A DNA stretch of 64,000 bases from an uncultured delta proteobacterium (GCA_963713045.1 CAVQKE010000003.1:1024001-1088000), one strand, 5' to 3'; numbered from the stretch's first letter, positions 9,490-20,255 are shown. Program-made: numbers and translations. The notes: generated by a model from the sequence alone, not told the origin.

Positions 9490-10847
9490 AGCCGTTGCAG
9501 CGGGTCGTTTGGAAGGAGGGGATGTTCATGTCCCCTCAGCACCTCCAGGCGCAGGACATCTTTCAAGAGGCGCTGCTGACCGCGCGCATCACGGCCCTCG
9601 AGCCTTACCCGTGGGGAGTCTTGCACGTCGAGGTTGACCAGGAGGCGCTTCGCGCCGGGCAGTTCCAGCTGCTGTCCTTCACCGGCATCCTGCCCGACGG
9701 CGTACCGCTTCAGTTCGAAAAGGGGCATCCGGAGGCACCTCCAGCCCGTCCCATCGCCGAGCAACTCCGCCCTGGGGCAAAAAGCGTCGAGGTGTACCTC
9801 GGCATTCCCAAGGAGCGGGACGGACTGGAGAGCTACGGACCGGAAGGCAACCGGGCCAGTACCGCGCGCTTTTTGGTGACCGAGCAGCAGGTGGCGGACC
9901 GAATGGCCGTGGGCTCCATCGTCCCGGTGAGCTTCGCACTCCGCAATACGCGTCTGCTGTTCGGCACCGAGCCTCGTGACGACTTTGAGTCGATGCAGAT
10001 TGCCGAGGTGACGCGGGACGCCCTCGGTGCGCCCGTCCTCGACACGGCCTTCGTCCCACCGTGTCTGCGCATCGACGCCTCACCCTACCTGATGGAGGGA
10101 CTGCGCAAGTCGTTGCAGCTGATGCTCGGCAAGGCACAGCAACTGTCCGACGCCCGCCGCCACCGAGACGCCGCCACCCTTGAATTTACCCCGGCCGACG
10201 TCACCCGCTTCCTTCAGCTGAGTGCGCTGAATGGAGTCATCCCGGTGCTCAACCACCTGGCCGAAACCGGCGAAGCACATCCCCATCTGCTCTATCTGCA
10301 CCTGCTGGCGGCCGCCGGGCAGCTATCCACCTTCGCAGTCGATGTCGACCTGCTGGCGCTTCCCAAGTTTCAGTACACCCGCCTCGGGCCAACCTTCGCC
10401 GACCTCTTCTTGAAGCTGGAGGGGATGCTGGTCGCGGTGGCGCGCGGGGGGGCGTTCAGTGTGGCGCTCGAGCTGCGCCCGGGCGGTCTCTATATTGGAA
10501 AGTTGGAAGACGAGCGCATCCCCCGCGCCTCGCAGTTCCTCCTGGCGGTCAAGAGCGAGGTTCCCGAACAGCAGGTCTCCGAGCAGCTACCGCGACTGTC
10601 GAAGATTGCCTCCACCACGGAGATTGCGCGCATCGTCCAGGCGGCTGCCCCGGGCGTGCCGCTCCAAGTGACGCATCGGCCCCCGCCCGAGGTCGCGGTG
10701 AAAGCGGGCATCGTCTATTTCACGCTGGCGACGGACGACCCCTACTGGAAAAACGCGCTTCGCGATCGTGCGGTCGCCATCTACATCCCACAGCCCTTTG
10801 ACCCAAGTCGCACCAAGATTGAGCTGCTCGCCATCCCAGGCCGCTGA
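9486..10847 (+). CDS. tssK: T6SS baseplate subunit TssK
   Basis: RVVWKEGMFMSPQHLQAQD, PYPWG, FVPPCL, PGVPL motifs. Confidence 0.96.
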   Translation: MKPLQRVVWKEGMFMSPQHLQAQDIFQEALLTARITALEPYPWGVLHVEVDQEALRAGQFQLLSFTGILPDGVPLQFEKGHPEAPPARPIAEQLRPGAKSVEVYLGIPKERDGLESYGPEGNRASTARFLVTEQQVADRMAVGSIVPVSFALRNTRLLFGTEPRDDFESMQIAEVTRDALGAPVLDTAFVPPCLRIDASPYLMEGLRKSLQLMLGKAQQLSDARRHRDAATLEFTPADVTRFLQLSALNGVIPVLNHLAETGEAHPHLLYLHLLAAAGQLSTFAVDVDLLALPKFQYTRLGPTFADLFLKLEGMLVAVARGGAFSVALELRPGGLYIGKLEDERIPRASQFLLAVKSEVPEQQVSEQLPRLSKIASTTEIARIVQAAAPGVPLQVTHRPPPEVAVKAGIVYFTLATDDPYWKNALRDRAVAIYIPQPFDPSRTKIELLAIPGR

Positions 10848-10880
10848 GCGCCCTGGGAAACTCCAACAGACGGGGGACCG

Positions 10881-11552
10881 ATGGACGCTGTTCATGCCGC
10901 GACGCAAGACTGCTTCGGGGCGATTCAACAACTGCGACACGCGGACCCCACCATGCTGCCTGCTCCGGAAGTCCTTCAGCGGCGGTTGCGAAGCTTCGTC
11001 GACCGGATGCAGTCCCAGCTGTCCGACGCCGGGTTGGCCCACCAAGACACCGAAGACATCACCTACGCCATTTGCGCGCTGGCAGACGAGGTGGCGCTCA
11101 ACGCCGGCGAGCCGGTGGCGAGCGGTTGGATGGGCCAACTGCTCCAGTTCCATTACTTTCGAGAGAACACTGCCGGCGATGGCTTCTTTACACGCCTCGA
11201 AGATATTCGCCGCGACCCGCGGCGACACGACGTGCTGCGGGTCTACGCGCTGTGTCTTTGGTTCGGGTTTCAGGGGCGCTATCGGGTCCGCGGTGGGGAG
11301 TTGGAGCTGATGACGCTGAGCGAGTCCTTGCAGCGTGAGGTGGGGCCACGCCCTTCGGAATTGGAAACCCTGTCGCCGAACGGAGAGCGGCCTACCGAGA
11401 CGCTCGCCCGGGCCCGGGCCAATACCACGCTGCTCTTCATCGCTGCCGGGGCGCTGGTCTTCGCGGTGCTGCTTTTCGTCGGGCTGAGGCTGGCCTTGGC
11501 TGGAAGTCTCTCTTCGATGTCTGAGGAGATGGCCGCGGTACAGGCCAAGTGA
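10881..11552 (+). CDS. tssL: T6SS membrane protein TssL (DotU)
   Basis: YAICALADE, LQFHYFRENTAGDGFF, LGFQGRY-like motif (WFGFQGRY), C-terminal TM. No OmpA domain. Confidence 0.95.
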   Translation: MDAVHAATQDCFGAIQQLRHADPTMLPAPEVLQRRLRSFVDRMQSQLSDAGLAHQDTEDITYAICALADEVALNAGEPVASGWMGQLLQFHYFRENTAGDGFFTRLEDIRRDPRRHDVLRVYALCLWFGFQGRYRVRGGELELMTLSESLQREVGPRPSELETLSPNGERPTETLARARANTTLLFIAAGALVFAVLLFVGLRLALAGSLSSMSEEMAAVQAK

Positions 11553-11568
11553 CGAAGGAAACCGTCGG

Positions 11569-14500
11569 ATGATTATTGGCATCATCTTTCTGGTGGTCCT
11601 GCTCTCCGTTCTGTGGACGGTGGCGCTCGTCTTCCATGTGACCTTGGTGCTGGCCATCGTTCCCACGGTGGCGGTGGTGGCCGCGGTGGCGGCCATCTTC
11701 ATCATCAAGCGGCTCCAGGCCCGGGCCGCTGCCCAAGCGATTGAGAAGACGCTGAAGTCGCAGGGAGAGGCTTTCGCGGCCCAGGTGCGCCCCGACCAGC
11801 AGCCGGAGGTCCAGGCGCTGCAGTCCGAGTTTGCCAAGGCGGTGGGAGCGCTCAAGTCCAGCAAGCTCGCCCGCGGCGGCAGTGACGCTTTGGGCGTGTT
11901 GCCCTGGTACCTCATCATCGGTCCCCCCGGCGCCGGGAAAAGCACGGCGCTGAGCAAGTCCGGGCTGCAGTTTCCCTACCTCTCCTCTGGCGGCCGCGGC
12001 ATCAAGGGGGTCGCCGGGACACGCAACTGTGAATGGTGGCTCACCAACGAGGCGGTCATCCTCGATACCGCTGGTCGCTACACCACCGAGGACAACGACC
12101 GGGACGAGTGGTTGGCGTTCCTCGACATGCTGGCCCGCAACCGGCCGAAACGGCCGCTCAACGGCCTCTTGGTGGCGGTCAGCGTCGGTGACTTCATCGA
12201 CCTGGACGAGGAGGGGTCGGTCGCCCTGGGCCAGCGGATTCGCGAACGTATTGAAGAGGTGATGTCACGGCTCAAACTGGTCCTTCCGGTGTACGTGCTG
12301 TTCACCAAGTGCGACCTGCTCGCCGGATTTGTGGAGACGTTTGGTGAGCTCAACAAGAACGAACGCGGGGAAATCTGGGGCTTCACGCTGCCGATGGAGC
12401 GCGGGGGGACGCCGGCGGAGGTCTTCAATGCCCACTTCGACGAACTGTCGGCGCAGCTGGACAGCTGGGCCATGGCGCGGTTGGGGAAAGCCCGGCGACT
12501 CGAGGAGCGCGAACGGGTCTTTCAATTTCCAGCCCAATTCGAAGGGTTGAAGCTGAACCTGGCCGAGTTCCTTCAAACGGTCTTCGTGGAGAACGTCTAC
12601 CAGGACACGCCGGTGATGCGGGGGGTGTACTTCACCAGCGGCACCCAGGAGGGTCGGCCCATCGACCGGGTGATGCGCGCCATGGCGTCCGCGTTCGGAA
12701 TGCAAAACGCGCTGCCCGAAGGCGAGGCAGCACCGCAGGACCCGAAGAGCTATTTCCTGCGTGACGTCTTCTCGCGAGTCATCTTCAAGGACCAGAACCT
12801 CGCCATCCGAACTTCGAGCGCGAGCCGGCGCGCTCTCCTGCTGCAGCGCATCTACACCGGCGCCGCTCTCGGCGCGGCCGCACTGTTGCTCATTTTTCCG
12901 ACCATCGCCTTCTTCAACAATTTGAGCGTCATTCGCAGCACCCGCGAGATGGTGGCCTCGCTCAAGGGCGAACTCGACACCGGCTCGACTCGAGCCTTGC
13001 GCGCGCTCAATCCGCTGCAGCGCCGCCTGGATGAGCTGGTCCAATGGCAGAGGGACGGCGCGCCGTGGCTGATGCGCTTCGGAATGTACCAGGGTGACTC
13101 AGTCCTCGAGCGGACCGAGGGCTTCTACGGCAGCACCGTGCGGGACTTGCTGGTCAAACAGGTGCTCGACCGGAGCGACCGCTCGTTGGCTGCGTTTGTC
13201 CACGACCAACAGCGCGTACAAACGACGCTCACCGCCAGGGAGCATCTCCCCTTCTGGGAGGCACTGAAGCTGCACTTGCTGCTCACCGCGCCGAAGGGGA
13301 GGCTCGAGCCGCCACTGGATGCGCCGGTCCAGGCGTGGCTACTGCCACGGCTGACCGACCCCTACCTTCAACGCCTCGGAGCCAACAGCGAGGACGGCAA
13401 AGCGGTGAAGGCGCATACCGCGCTCTACCTGCGGCTGTTGGGAACCGACCCGACGCTGGCACTCCCCCGGGACGAAGCGCTGGTGGAGAACGCCCGGGTG
13501 CAGCTGAGACGCCTGCCCCTCAGCGAGTTGGCACTGGAGCGCCTGGTCGCCGATGTGTCGCGCGACGACGCCGACCTGAACCTCAGCACCATCCTCGGCG
13601 GCACGGTCCCGGAGCTGACCTCCAATCGGCGGGTACGGGGTGCGTTCACCAAGAAAGCCTACGACGAGAAGGCCTCCGACCTTCTCAAATCTGGGATGCA
13701 GACCGGCGACGCGTGGGTCCTCTCGGACGCGGCCGATGACTCGGGCAAGGCGGCGAGCGATTTGAGTAGCGCCTACTTTCGCGCCTACGCCGCCGAGTGG
13801 CGCAGCTTCCTCGAGTCAATCGGGTACACGTCACTCGCCGGTGACCGCTCCGCCGTCCAGGGACTGTTGGAGAACCTGACCAGCGGCGCCCAGCCGCCTT
13901 TGGCGCGGCTCTTCTCCACGGTGGGCTTCAACACCCGGCTCACCGGGAAAGTGGAGGAAATCGGCCTCGATTTGAAAGACAAGTTGGAACAGAAGCTCGA
14001 GCAGGCGACGAAGGGAAAGGTGGAGGCGCCCGCCGCCGGACGCGACGACCCGGACCGGCCCTTCACGGCGAGCGACCTGCGGCAGACGTTTGAGGGCTTT
14101 GTCAGCTTTGGTGCCTCTTCGCGCAAACAAGCAGATGGAGCACCGAAAGATGCGGTGCCCCTGGACGGCTACCAAGAGCAGCTGATTCTCATCCGCGACG
14201 CGTTGCGCTCGGACGCCCAGGATTCGGCGGCACTGGGCCAGCGCTTTCAGACGGCCCGCGCCCGCGTCGAGGGACTGGTGAACGGACAGGGACCAGGCTG
14301 GTGGCGACCGCTGTTGACCAACCTCCTCGTCCCGCCGGTGGACCAGGCCTACCAATCGGTGATGAAGGGCGCCCGAGTCGATGCGCTGGCCAAGTTCTGT
14401 AGTGCCGTCGGCGAGCCCTTCAAGCGTCTGGCGGGTCGCTATCCCTTTGCTCACGCCGGCCAGGACGCGCCACTCGCTGACGTGGCTGATTTCTTCAAGC

Positions 14501-15123
14501 CCAAAAGTGGGCAGCTGTGGGGGCACTACGAGTCGGACATGCGGAACCAAGTGCTCCAGGCAGGTGACCGTTTCATCTACCCGCCGGGTTCGTCCCGAGT
14601 GTACCCGGCCTCGGTGCTCGCCTACCTCGCCCGGGCGACGCAGGTGACGCGGGCCATGTTTCCTCCCGCCAGCAGCGACCCGTTGGTGGCCTTTGCGCTC
14701 CACATCCAGCCATCACCCAAACTCGCCAGCATCGCTGTCTCCATCGACGGCCAGTCAGTCGACTACCGGAACGGCCCGGAGGAGTGGTACCAATTCAAGT
14801 GGCCGCTGGCGGGAAAGGCCCCTGGCGCCTCCATCCGGGTGCGCGATTCGCGCGGCCGTACCGAGACCATCCAGCAGGACGGGGAATGGGGGTTGTTGCG
14901 TCTCTTCGAGTTGGGGCAAGTCCGGTCGGTCGGTGCCACCACCTTCACCGTCGCCTGGCGCGTGCCAACGCTGGATGCAGAGGTGGTGATGGACTTCCGT
15001 CCGGCACGCAGCGACACCCCTTTCTTCGGCTCGGCAAAGGGCGGCAGGCCACAGCCGCTGCAGCCCTTCCGAGCGCCAGGTCTGCTCCCACCCACATTCC
15101 CCGTTTGTCGGACCGGTGGGTGA
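11569..15123 (+). CDS. tssM: T6SS membrane complex protein TssM (IcmF)
   Basis: N-terminal TMs, LPWYLIIGPPGAGKST (Walker A), TRNCEWW, DTAGRY, PVYVLFTKCDLLAGF, RGVYFTSGTQEG, GRYPF, GEWGLLRL. Confidence 0.97.
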   Translation: MIIGIIFLVVLLSVLWTVALVFHVTLVLAIVPTVAVVAAVAAIFIIKRLQARAAAQAIEKTLKSQGEAFAAQVRPDQQPEVQALQSEFAKAVGALKSSKLARGGSDALGVLPWYLIIGPPGAGKSTALSKSGLQFPYLSSGGRGIKGVAGTRNCEWWLTNEAVILDTAGRYTTEDNDRDEWLAFLDMLARNRPKRPLNGLLVAVSVGDFIDLDEEGSVALGQRIRERIEEVMSRLKLVLPVYVLFTKCDLLAGFVETFGELNKNERGEIWGFTLPMERGGTPAEVFNAHFDELSAQLDSWAMARLGKARRLEERERVFQFPAQFEGLKLNLAEFLQTVFVENVYQDTPVMRGVYFTSGTQEGRPIDRVMRAMASAFGMQNALPEGEAAPQDPKSYFLRDVFSRVIFKDQNLAIRTSSASRRALLLQRIYTGAALGAAALLLIFPTIAFFNNLSVIRSTREMVASLKGELDTGSTRALRALNPLQRRLDELVQWQRDGAPWLMRFGMYQGDSVLERTEGFYGSTVRDLLVKQVLDRSDRSLAAFVHDQQRVQTTLTAREHLPFWEALKLHLLLTAPKGRLEPPLDAPVQAWLLPRLTDPYLQRLGANSEDGKAVKAHTALYLRLLGTDPTLALPRDEALVENARVQLRRLPLSELALERLVADVSRDDADLNLSTILGGTVPELTSNRRVRGAFTKKAYDEKASDLLKSGMQTGDAWVLSDAADDSGKAASDLSSAYFRAYAAEWRSFLESIGYTSLAGDRSAVQGLLENLTSGAQPPLARLFSTVGFNTRLTGKVEEIGLDLKDKLEQKLEQATKGKVEAPAAGRDDPDRPFTASDLRQTFEGFVSFGASSRKQADGAPKDAVPLDGYQEQLILIRDALRSDAQDSAALGQRFQTARARVEGLVNGQGPGWWRPLLTNLLVPPVDQAYQSVMKGARVDALAKFCSAVGEPFKRLAGRYPFAHAGQDAPLADVADFFKPKSGQLWGHYESDMRNQVLQAGDRFIYPPGSSRVYPASVLAYLARATQVTRAMFPPASSDPLVAFALHIQPSPKLASIAVSIDGQSVDYRNGPEEWYQFKWPLAGKAPGASIRVRDSRGRTETIQQDGEWGLLRLFELGQVRSVGATTFTVAWRVPTLDAEVVMDFRPARSDTPFFGSAKGGRPQPLQPFRAPGLLPPTFPVCRTGG

Positions 15124-15133
15124 TGCCGTGAGA

Positions 15134-16054
15134 ATGTTCCCGGCGGTGCAAACGGCTGGCCTGTACGGGAAAATCCCCGCCCAAGGGGACTTCATTCGAA
15201 CCAACGTGAGCGATCCGACCGCTCAGCAATTCACCCGTTGGCTGGAGGAAGCGCAGGAGGTGCTGTACCGGACCACGGCCGTCCTTCCGGAACTTCCGGT
15301 GTGCTTCCTTTATGCGGTAACCCCGGCGCGAAACGCGCTGGTTGGCGCGCTGGTCCCGAGCCGAGATGCTGTGGGGCGAGTCTTTCCGCTGGCCATCTTC
15401 GTGCAAGTGGAGGCGACGGCCTTGGCGCTTCGCTATCCGCTGGTGCCGCTGGCCTTCGTCGGCTTTTTCGGGGAAGCGGTCCGATTGCTCCGAGAGACCT
15501 CGTCGATGTCGGCTCCCGAGCTGACCGCCCGCGTCAGCCGGCTCCCGCTCCCCGCTTCGTCGGACTGGGAGTTTGCCGAGGGCCTCTTGCAAACGCTTCT
15601 CGACCGGCCGTCGGAAGGTCTTTTGGCCAGCGTCTCTGACGGTGCCGGGGGCGCCGCATATGGTTTTCGGACGTTCCTTTCGGCCTGCGCGGCGGAGCGC
15701 TCGGAGCCCCCGGAACGGACACGGGTCGTGCTGGACTGCCCGGTGGCCGGCGAGGGGCCTGCCCTCTGGCTTGAGCTGGCCTCGAAGACGCTCGCTTGGC
15801 GACAGGCGCCACCGGCATTCCTCTGGACAGAGGCAGCGCCGCCGCGCCTGCTTCTGTCGCTCGGTGCTCCTCCCGCTGCGCTCCTCAGCCACCTGGCCAA
15901 GGGGGACTCTCGGCTTTCAGTGGTTTGGCCGCTGCGCACCTCGCAGCCAGCAGCACAGCAAGCCGCCGCCCAAGCCCTGTCCGCCAACCAACGCGCGGCG
16001 CTGGCCTCACCGGACTGGCCCATCGGTCGGCTTTTTTCGGCATTGACTTCCTAA
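15134..16054 (+). CDS. tagF: T6SS-associated TagF family repressor
   Basis: GLYGKIPAQGDFI and PSRDAVGRVFPL motifs. Follows tssM; start taken as ATG 15134. Confidence 0.92.
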   Translation: MFPAVQTAGLYGKIPAQGDFIRTNVSDPTAQQFTRWLEEAQEVLYRTTAVLPELPVCFLYAVTPARNALVGALVPSRDAVGRVFPLAIFVQVEATALALRYPLVPLAFVGFFGEAVRLLRETSSMSAPELTARVSRLPLPASSDWEFAEGLLQTLLDRPSEGLLASVSDGAGGAAYGFRTFLSACAAERSEPPERTRVVLDCPVAGEGPALWLELASKTLAWRQAPPAFLWTEAAPPRLLLSLGAPPAALLSHLAKGDSRLSVVWPLRTSQPAAQQAAAQALSANQRAALASPDWPIGRLFSALTS

Positions 16055-16067
16055 GGACTGCGCGACG

Positions 16068-17660
16068 ATGGCCATTCCCCCCGAGGAGCTGGCGAAACGG
16101 GTGCAGGTATGGCTCGAGCCAGTTTCCGCCGCAGCCGTGACAGGCAGCAACGCACGCTACCTTCCGGAGTACGAAAAGCTCGTCGGCGAAGTCGCAAAGC
16201 TCGACGCACCCACCGGTGGAGCCGTTGATTGGGTCCAGGTGGGCAAACTCGGCGGCGAGATTCTCCAAAAGAAGTCTAAGGATGTGCTCATTGCTGCCTA
16301 CATGGGCTACGGCCTGTACGCTGCGAAGCGCTCTCTCGGTGGACTGCTGGACGGGCTGGTCTTGATGGCGGAGCTCCTCGAGCGGTACTGGGACACGCTT
16401 TTCCCTGAACTGGCCCGTACCAAAGCCCGCGCCAACGCCGTCGGCTGGTTCGTCCAGCGGAGTACCAACGGCCTGCTCGGCGTCAACGTCTCAGCGGCCG
16501 ACCGAGAGACCATCGAATCTCTGCTGCCAGCGGCCCAGCGACTGGGCGAGCTTTCACGCACGAAGTTCCCCAGTGGTGGGCCGGCGTTTGGGCCGCTGTT
16601 TGAGGCGCTCGAACGGCTGAAGCTGCAGCTGCCACCCGAGGCCCCGCCCGAGCCTCCCCCTTCAGCGGCGCCCGCTCCGCAGACCGCGGCGACACAGGCG
16701 GTGGCCAGTGGCGAGCCCCTGCCGGCGCCGGCGCCCACACCAGCTTCACTCGCCGCACCCCCGCCACCCGCTGCCAGTGGGGACGTCGAGGCTTATCTGC
16801 GCGGGTTGAGCGAGGCGTTATCCACAACGGCGGACAACCTCCGGCACGCAAACCTCGCAGACCCGCTCGCCTACCGTCTTTTGCGGGCCGGGCTGTGGCT
16901 CGGGCTGGCCCAGGTTCCGCCGAAGGGCCCCAATGGCCGCGCCCCGTTTCCGCCGCTGCGGGCTCCCTTCCGCTTGCAGCTCGACACCATGGCCGCCAAC
17001 GCCAAATGGCCCGAGCTGATTGAGGAGGCGGAGTCGGCACTCACTCAAAACCGCTTCAACCTGGACTTGAGTCGCTTCACCGCCCGGGCGCTCGCCGCAC
17101 TCGGCGCCAGCCACGAGGCGGCCCGGAAGGCCGTCGAGGCGGAGGTTGCAGCGCTCGTCAGACGGCTGCCCGGTGTCGTGGAACTGCTCGCCAACGACGG
17201 GACCGCCGTGGCAGATGGCCAAACGCGCGCTTGGCTCGAGATGGAGGTGTCGGGGCAGACCGGTGCCGCGGCCGGGGCGGGGGTAGGAGATGACACAGCC
17301 GCGGCGGTCCGTGACGCTAAGTCACTGTTCGCAGGAGGCAAATCGGCTGAGGGGCTGGCACTCCTTCAGGGGAAAGTCCAAAGCGCGGGGAGCGGGCATG
17401 CGCGATTTCGCCTCAGGTTGGAATTGGCCAAGCTCTGTACTGCAGCGAGTCAACCCGCGTTGGCCCGCGCTTTGTATTCGGCGCTTGCCAAGGAATGCAC
17501 ACTGCATGACTTAGACACCTGGCAGCCGGAGCTGACCGTGGAGTGTTTGGAGGGGCTGTTGTCTTCCAGGCCGGCCGGCGCCCTGTCGGAAGAGGACAGT
17601 GGCTACTACCAACGCTTGTGTCGGATTTCTCCGGCTGCTGCAATGCGGATTCAGACGTGA
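16068..17660 (+). CDS. tssA: T6SS TssA (ImpA N-terminal domain + VasJ-like C-terminal region)
   Basis: WLEPVS...G.NARY.PEY, VDW, KSKDVLIAAY, YWDTLFP, Pro/Ala linker, DPLAYRLLR, LDTWQPEL. Confidence 0.93.
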   Translation: MAIPPEELAKRVQVWLEPVSAAAVTGSNARYLPEYEKLVGEVAKLDAPTGGAVDWVQVGKLGGEILQKKSKDVLIAAYMGYGLYAAKRSLGGLLDGLVLMAELLERYWDTLFPELARTKARANAVGWFVQRSTNGLLGVNVSAADRETIESLLPAAQRLGELSRTKFPSGGPAFGPLFEALERLKLQLPPEAPPEPPPSAAPAPQTAATQAVASGEPLPAPAPTPASLAAPPPPAASGDVEAYLRGLSEALSTTADNLRHANLADPLAYRLLRAGLWLGLAQVPPKGPNGRAPFPPLRAPFRLQLDTMAANAKWPELIEEAESALTQNRFNLDLSRFTARALAALGASHEAARKAVEAEVAALVRRLPGVVELLANDGTAVADGQTRAWLEMEVSGQTGAAAGAGVGDDTAAAVRDAKSLFAGGKSAEGLALLQGKVQSAGSGHARFRLRLELAKLCTAASQPALARALYSALAKECTLHDLDTWQPELTVECLEGLLSSRPAGALSEEDSGYYQRLCRISPAAAMRIQT

Positions 17661-17728
17661 TTGACTGCTACCAGGCCCTTTGGCCCGCGAGTGCGCCCGG
17701 GGGGCTACCACAGGGGGAGTTCAGCGCC

Positions 17729-18232
17729 ATGGCCAAAGACAGCACCGTCGCTCCGAAAGAGCGCGTCAACATCCTTTACAAGTCTGAAGTCGGGGGGGCC
17801 CAGGAAGAGGTCGAGCTTCCAATGAACGTCCTGGTGATGGGCGAGTACAACGAGAATATCCCCGACGACGAGAAGACCCTTGAGGACCGCAAGACGGTCA
17901 GCGTCGACAAGGACAACTTCAACGACGTCCTCGCGAAACAAAACCTGAAGGTGGCCCTTTCGGTGCCGGACAAGCTGTCGGGCGAGAAGGATGCCCAGCT
18001 GAAAGCCGAGCTGTCGTTCAAGAGTCTGAACGACTTCGGACCGGAAGCGATTGTGCAACAGGTGCCGGAGTTGAAGAAGCTCCTCGAATTGCGCTCCGCC
18101 CTCACCTCACTCAAGAGCCCACTCGGAAACGCGCCGGCGTTCCGCAAGAAGCTGCAGACACTGTTGGGGGATGAAACGACGCGCGCAAAACTGATGGCCG
18201 AACTCGGTCTCGGTACCGATGAGAAGAAGTAG
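17729..18232 (+). CDS. tssB: T6SS contractile sheath small subunit TssB
   Basis: APKERVNI.Y, VELP..VLVMG, DFGPEAIVQQVPELKKLLELR. GGGGAG RBS before ATG 17729. Confidence 0.97.
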   Translation: MAKDSTVAPKERVNILYKSEVGGAQEEVELPMNVLVMGEYNENIPDDEKTLEDRKTVSVDKDNFNDVLAKQNLKVALSVPDKLSGEKDAQLKAELSFKSLNDFGPEAIVQQVPELKKLLELRSALTSLKSPLGNAPAFRKKLQTLLGDETTRAKLMAELGLGTDEKK

Positions 18233-18243
18233 GAGCTAACGAC

Positions 18244-19731
18244 ATGGCTGACCCGAAGACCGAAGCCGCTCCCGCAGGCGCCAAAGCACAAGCCGAAGGC
18301 TCGCTTCTCGACGACATCCTCGCCGAGACGCGGTTGAAGCCTTCCGATGATGCCTACGCCATCGCTCGGCAAGGCGTCACCGCCTTCATCACCGAGCTCC
18401 TGGCCCCGGGACGCAACCTCGAACGCGTGGATAAGGCAGCTGTCGACGCGATGATTGCCGAGCTTGATGCGCGGATGAGCGCTCAGGTGAACGAGATTCT
18501 CCACCAGCCCGCATTCCAAAAGCTGGAGTCAGCTTGGCGCGGTTTGCGGTTCCTCATCGAGCGGACCGACTTTCGCGAGAACATTCGGGTTCAGCTGCTC
18601 AACGTTTCGAAGGATGAGCTGATCCAAGACTTCGACAACGAACCCGACCTTCCGAACTCGGGCCTCTACAACATCGCCTACAAGCGGGAATACGGCGTGC
18701 TGGGTGGAAAGCCCTACGGCGTCATCTGTGCCAACTACGAGTTCGGAGCGGGTCCGCAGGACATGGCGCTCTTGCAAAAAATGGCCGCCGTGGCGGCCAT
18801 GGCGCATGCGCCCATCATCACCAACGCGTCGGCTGAGTTCTTCGGTCCAGACAAGAGCTTCCTGAACCTACCCAACCTGAAGGACCTCAAAGCACTCTTC
18901 GAGGGGCCGCAGTACGCACGCTGGCACAGCTTCCGGGACAGCGAAGACGCTCGCTACGTCGGTCTGTGCATGCCGCGCTTCCTGTCGCGCCTGCCCTACG
19001 GTGAGAATCAAATCCCGGTCAAGGCCTTCAACTTCACCGAGGACGTGGTGGGCTCGCACGACAAGTACCTGTGGGCACCGGCCTCACTGGCGCTGACCAG
19101 TCGCGTGGTGGACAGCTTCGCGAAATTTCGGTGGGCGCCCAACATCATTGGTCCCCAGTCGGGCGGAACAGTCGAAAACCTGCCGCTGCACCAGTATCAG
19201 GCGATGGGAGCGGTCCAAACGAAAATCCCGACGGAAATCAGCCTGACCGAGCGGCGGGAGTATGAGCTCTCCGAGGAGGGCTTCATCGGGCTGACGTACC
19301 GCAAGGAGTCCGACAACGCGGCCTTCTTCTCCGCGAACTCGGCGCAGAAGCCCAAGTTGTTCGGGAATAACCCAGACGGCAAGGCAGCGGAGACGAATTT
19401 CCGTCTCGGCACTCAGCTCCCCTACATGTTCATCATGACCCGCCTCGCGCACTACATCAAAGTGCTGCAGCGGGAGCAGATTGGAAGCTGGAAGGAGCGC
19501 GCGGATTTGGAGCGCGAGCTAAACGTCTGGATCAATCAGTACGTCGCAGACATGGAAGACGCGGCACCTTCGGTCCGCAGTTCACGCCCACTGCGGTCAG
19601 CGAAAATCACCGTGAGCGACGTGGAGGGCCAGCCCGGGTGGTACCGGTGCAGCATCCACGTTCGCCCACATTTTAAGTACATGGGCGCGTCCTTCACGCT
19701 GTCGCTGGTGGGCAAGCTCGATAAGGAGTGA
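18244..19731 (+). CDS. tssC: T6SS contractile sheath large subunit TssC
   Basis: FQKLESAWRGL, PRFLSRLPYG, GGTVENLP, QLPYMF..RLAHYIKV, RPHFKYMG...LSLVGKL. Confidence 0.98.
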   Translation: MADPKTEAAPAGAKAQAEGSLLDDILAETRLKPSDDAYAIARQGVTAFITELLAPGRNLERVDKAAVDAMIAELDARMSAQVNEILHQPAFQKLESAWRGLRFLIERTDFRENIRVQLLNVSKDELIQDFDNEPDLPNSGLYNIAYKREYGVLGGKPYGVICANYEFGAGPQDMALLQKMAAVAAMAHAPIITNASAEFFGPDKSFLNLPNLKDLKALFEGPQYARWHSFRDSEDARYVGLCMPRFLSRLPYGENQIPVKAFNFTEDVVGSHDKYLWAPASLALTSRVVDSFAKFRWAPNIIGPQSGGTVENLPLHQYQAMGAVQTKIPTEISLTERREYELSEEGFIGLTYRKESDNAAFFSANSAQKPKLFGNNPDGKAAETNFRLGTQLPYMFIMTRLAHYIKVLQREQIGSWKERADLERELNVWINQYVADMEDAAPSVRSSRPLRSAKITVSDVEGQPGWYRCSIHVRPHFKYMGASFTLSLVGKLDKE

Positions 19732-19738
19732 GCACGTT

Positions 19739-20228
19739 ATGGCCGAACCCGTCTATTTGTTCCTGAAGGTCAATGGCAACGCGGTCAAGGGGGATAGCAC
19801 CCAGTCCAGTTTGGACCGAAAGGACTCCATCGAGTGCCTGTCATTCGATGAGGGTGCCGAGGGCGCGCGAGAATCCGGCGACTGGAGCCGCCACCGGGCG
19901 GCGACGTTACGAGCCGCTTCGATTCACAACACGCATCGGCAAGGCCACACCCCTGATTCTCAAGGCGATGACCCAAAACCAGGTGTGCGAGGGCATTTTT
20001 AAGTTCTACCGACCGAACCCCAAGGGGGACGGCACGACCGAGCAGTTCTTCTCCGTCGAGTTCAAAGGCGGCCGAATCTTCAGTCAAAAGTTGGTTGTCT
20101 TGGACACGCTCGACCCAGAGGCGATCCACCATCCGCCCCTGGAGGAAATCAGCGTCGTCTTCACCGGCATCACCCAGACGTACACCGATGGTGGCATCAC
20201 CCACGAGGACAGCTGGGAAAAGGGGTAG
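19739..20228 (+). CDS. hcp: Hcp (TssD) tube protein, interrupted by a +1 frameshift at about 19880
   Basis: MAEPVYLFLKVNG..KGDSTQSSLDRKDSIEC...ARESG in one frame continues as TGAATGRRRYEPL...FKFYRPNPKGDGTTEQFF...PPLEEISVVF...THEDSW in the next. Removing one base gives a 162-aa Hcp. Confidence 0.93.
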
Positions 20229-20255
20229 GCCCCTCGGGCCAGTCTCCGAAAGGCA

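Noticed and set aside
19871..19885. Programmed ribosomal frameshift in hcp
   Set aside because: No slippery heptamer or homopolymer; an indel error is the simpler explanation.
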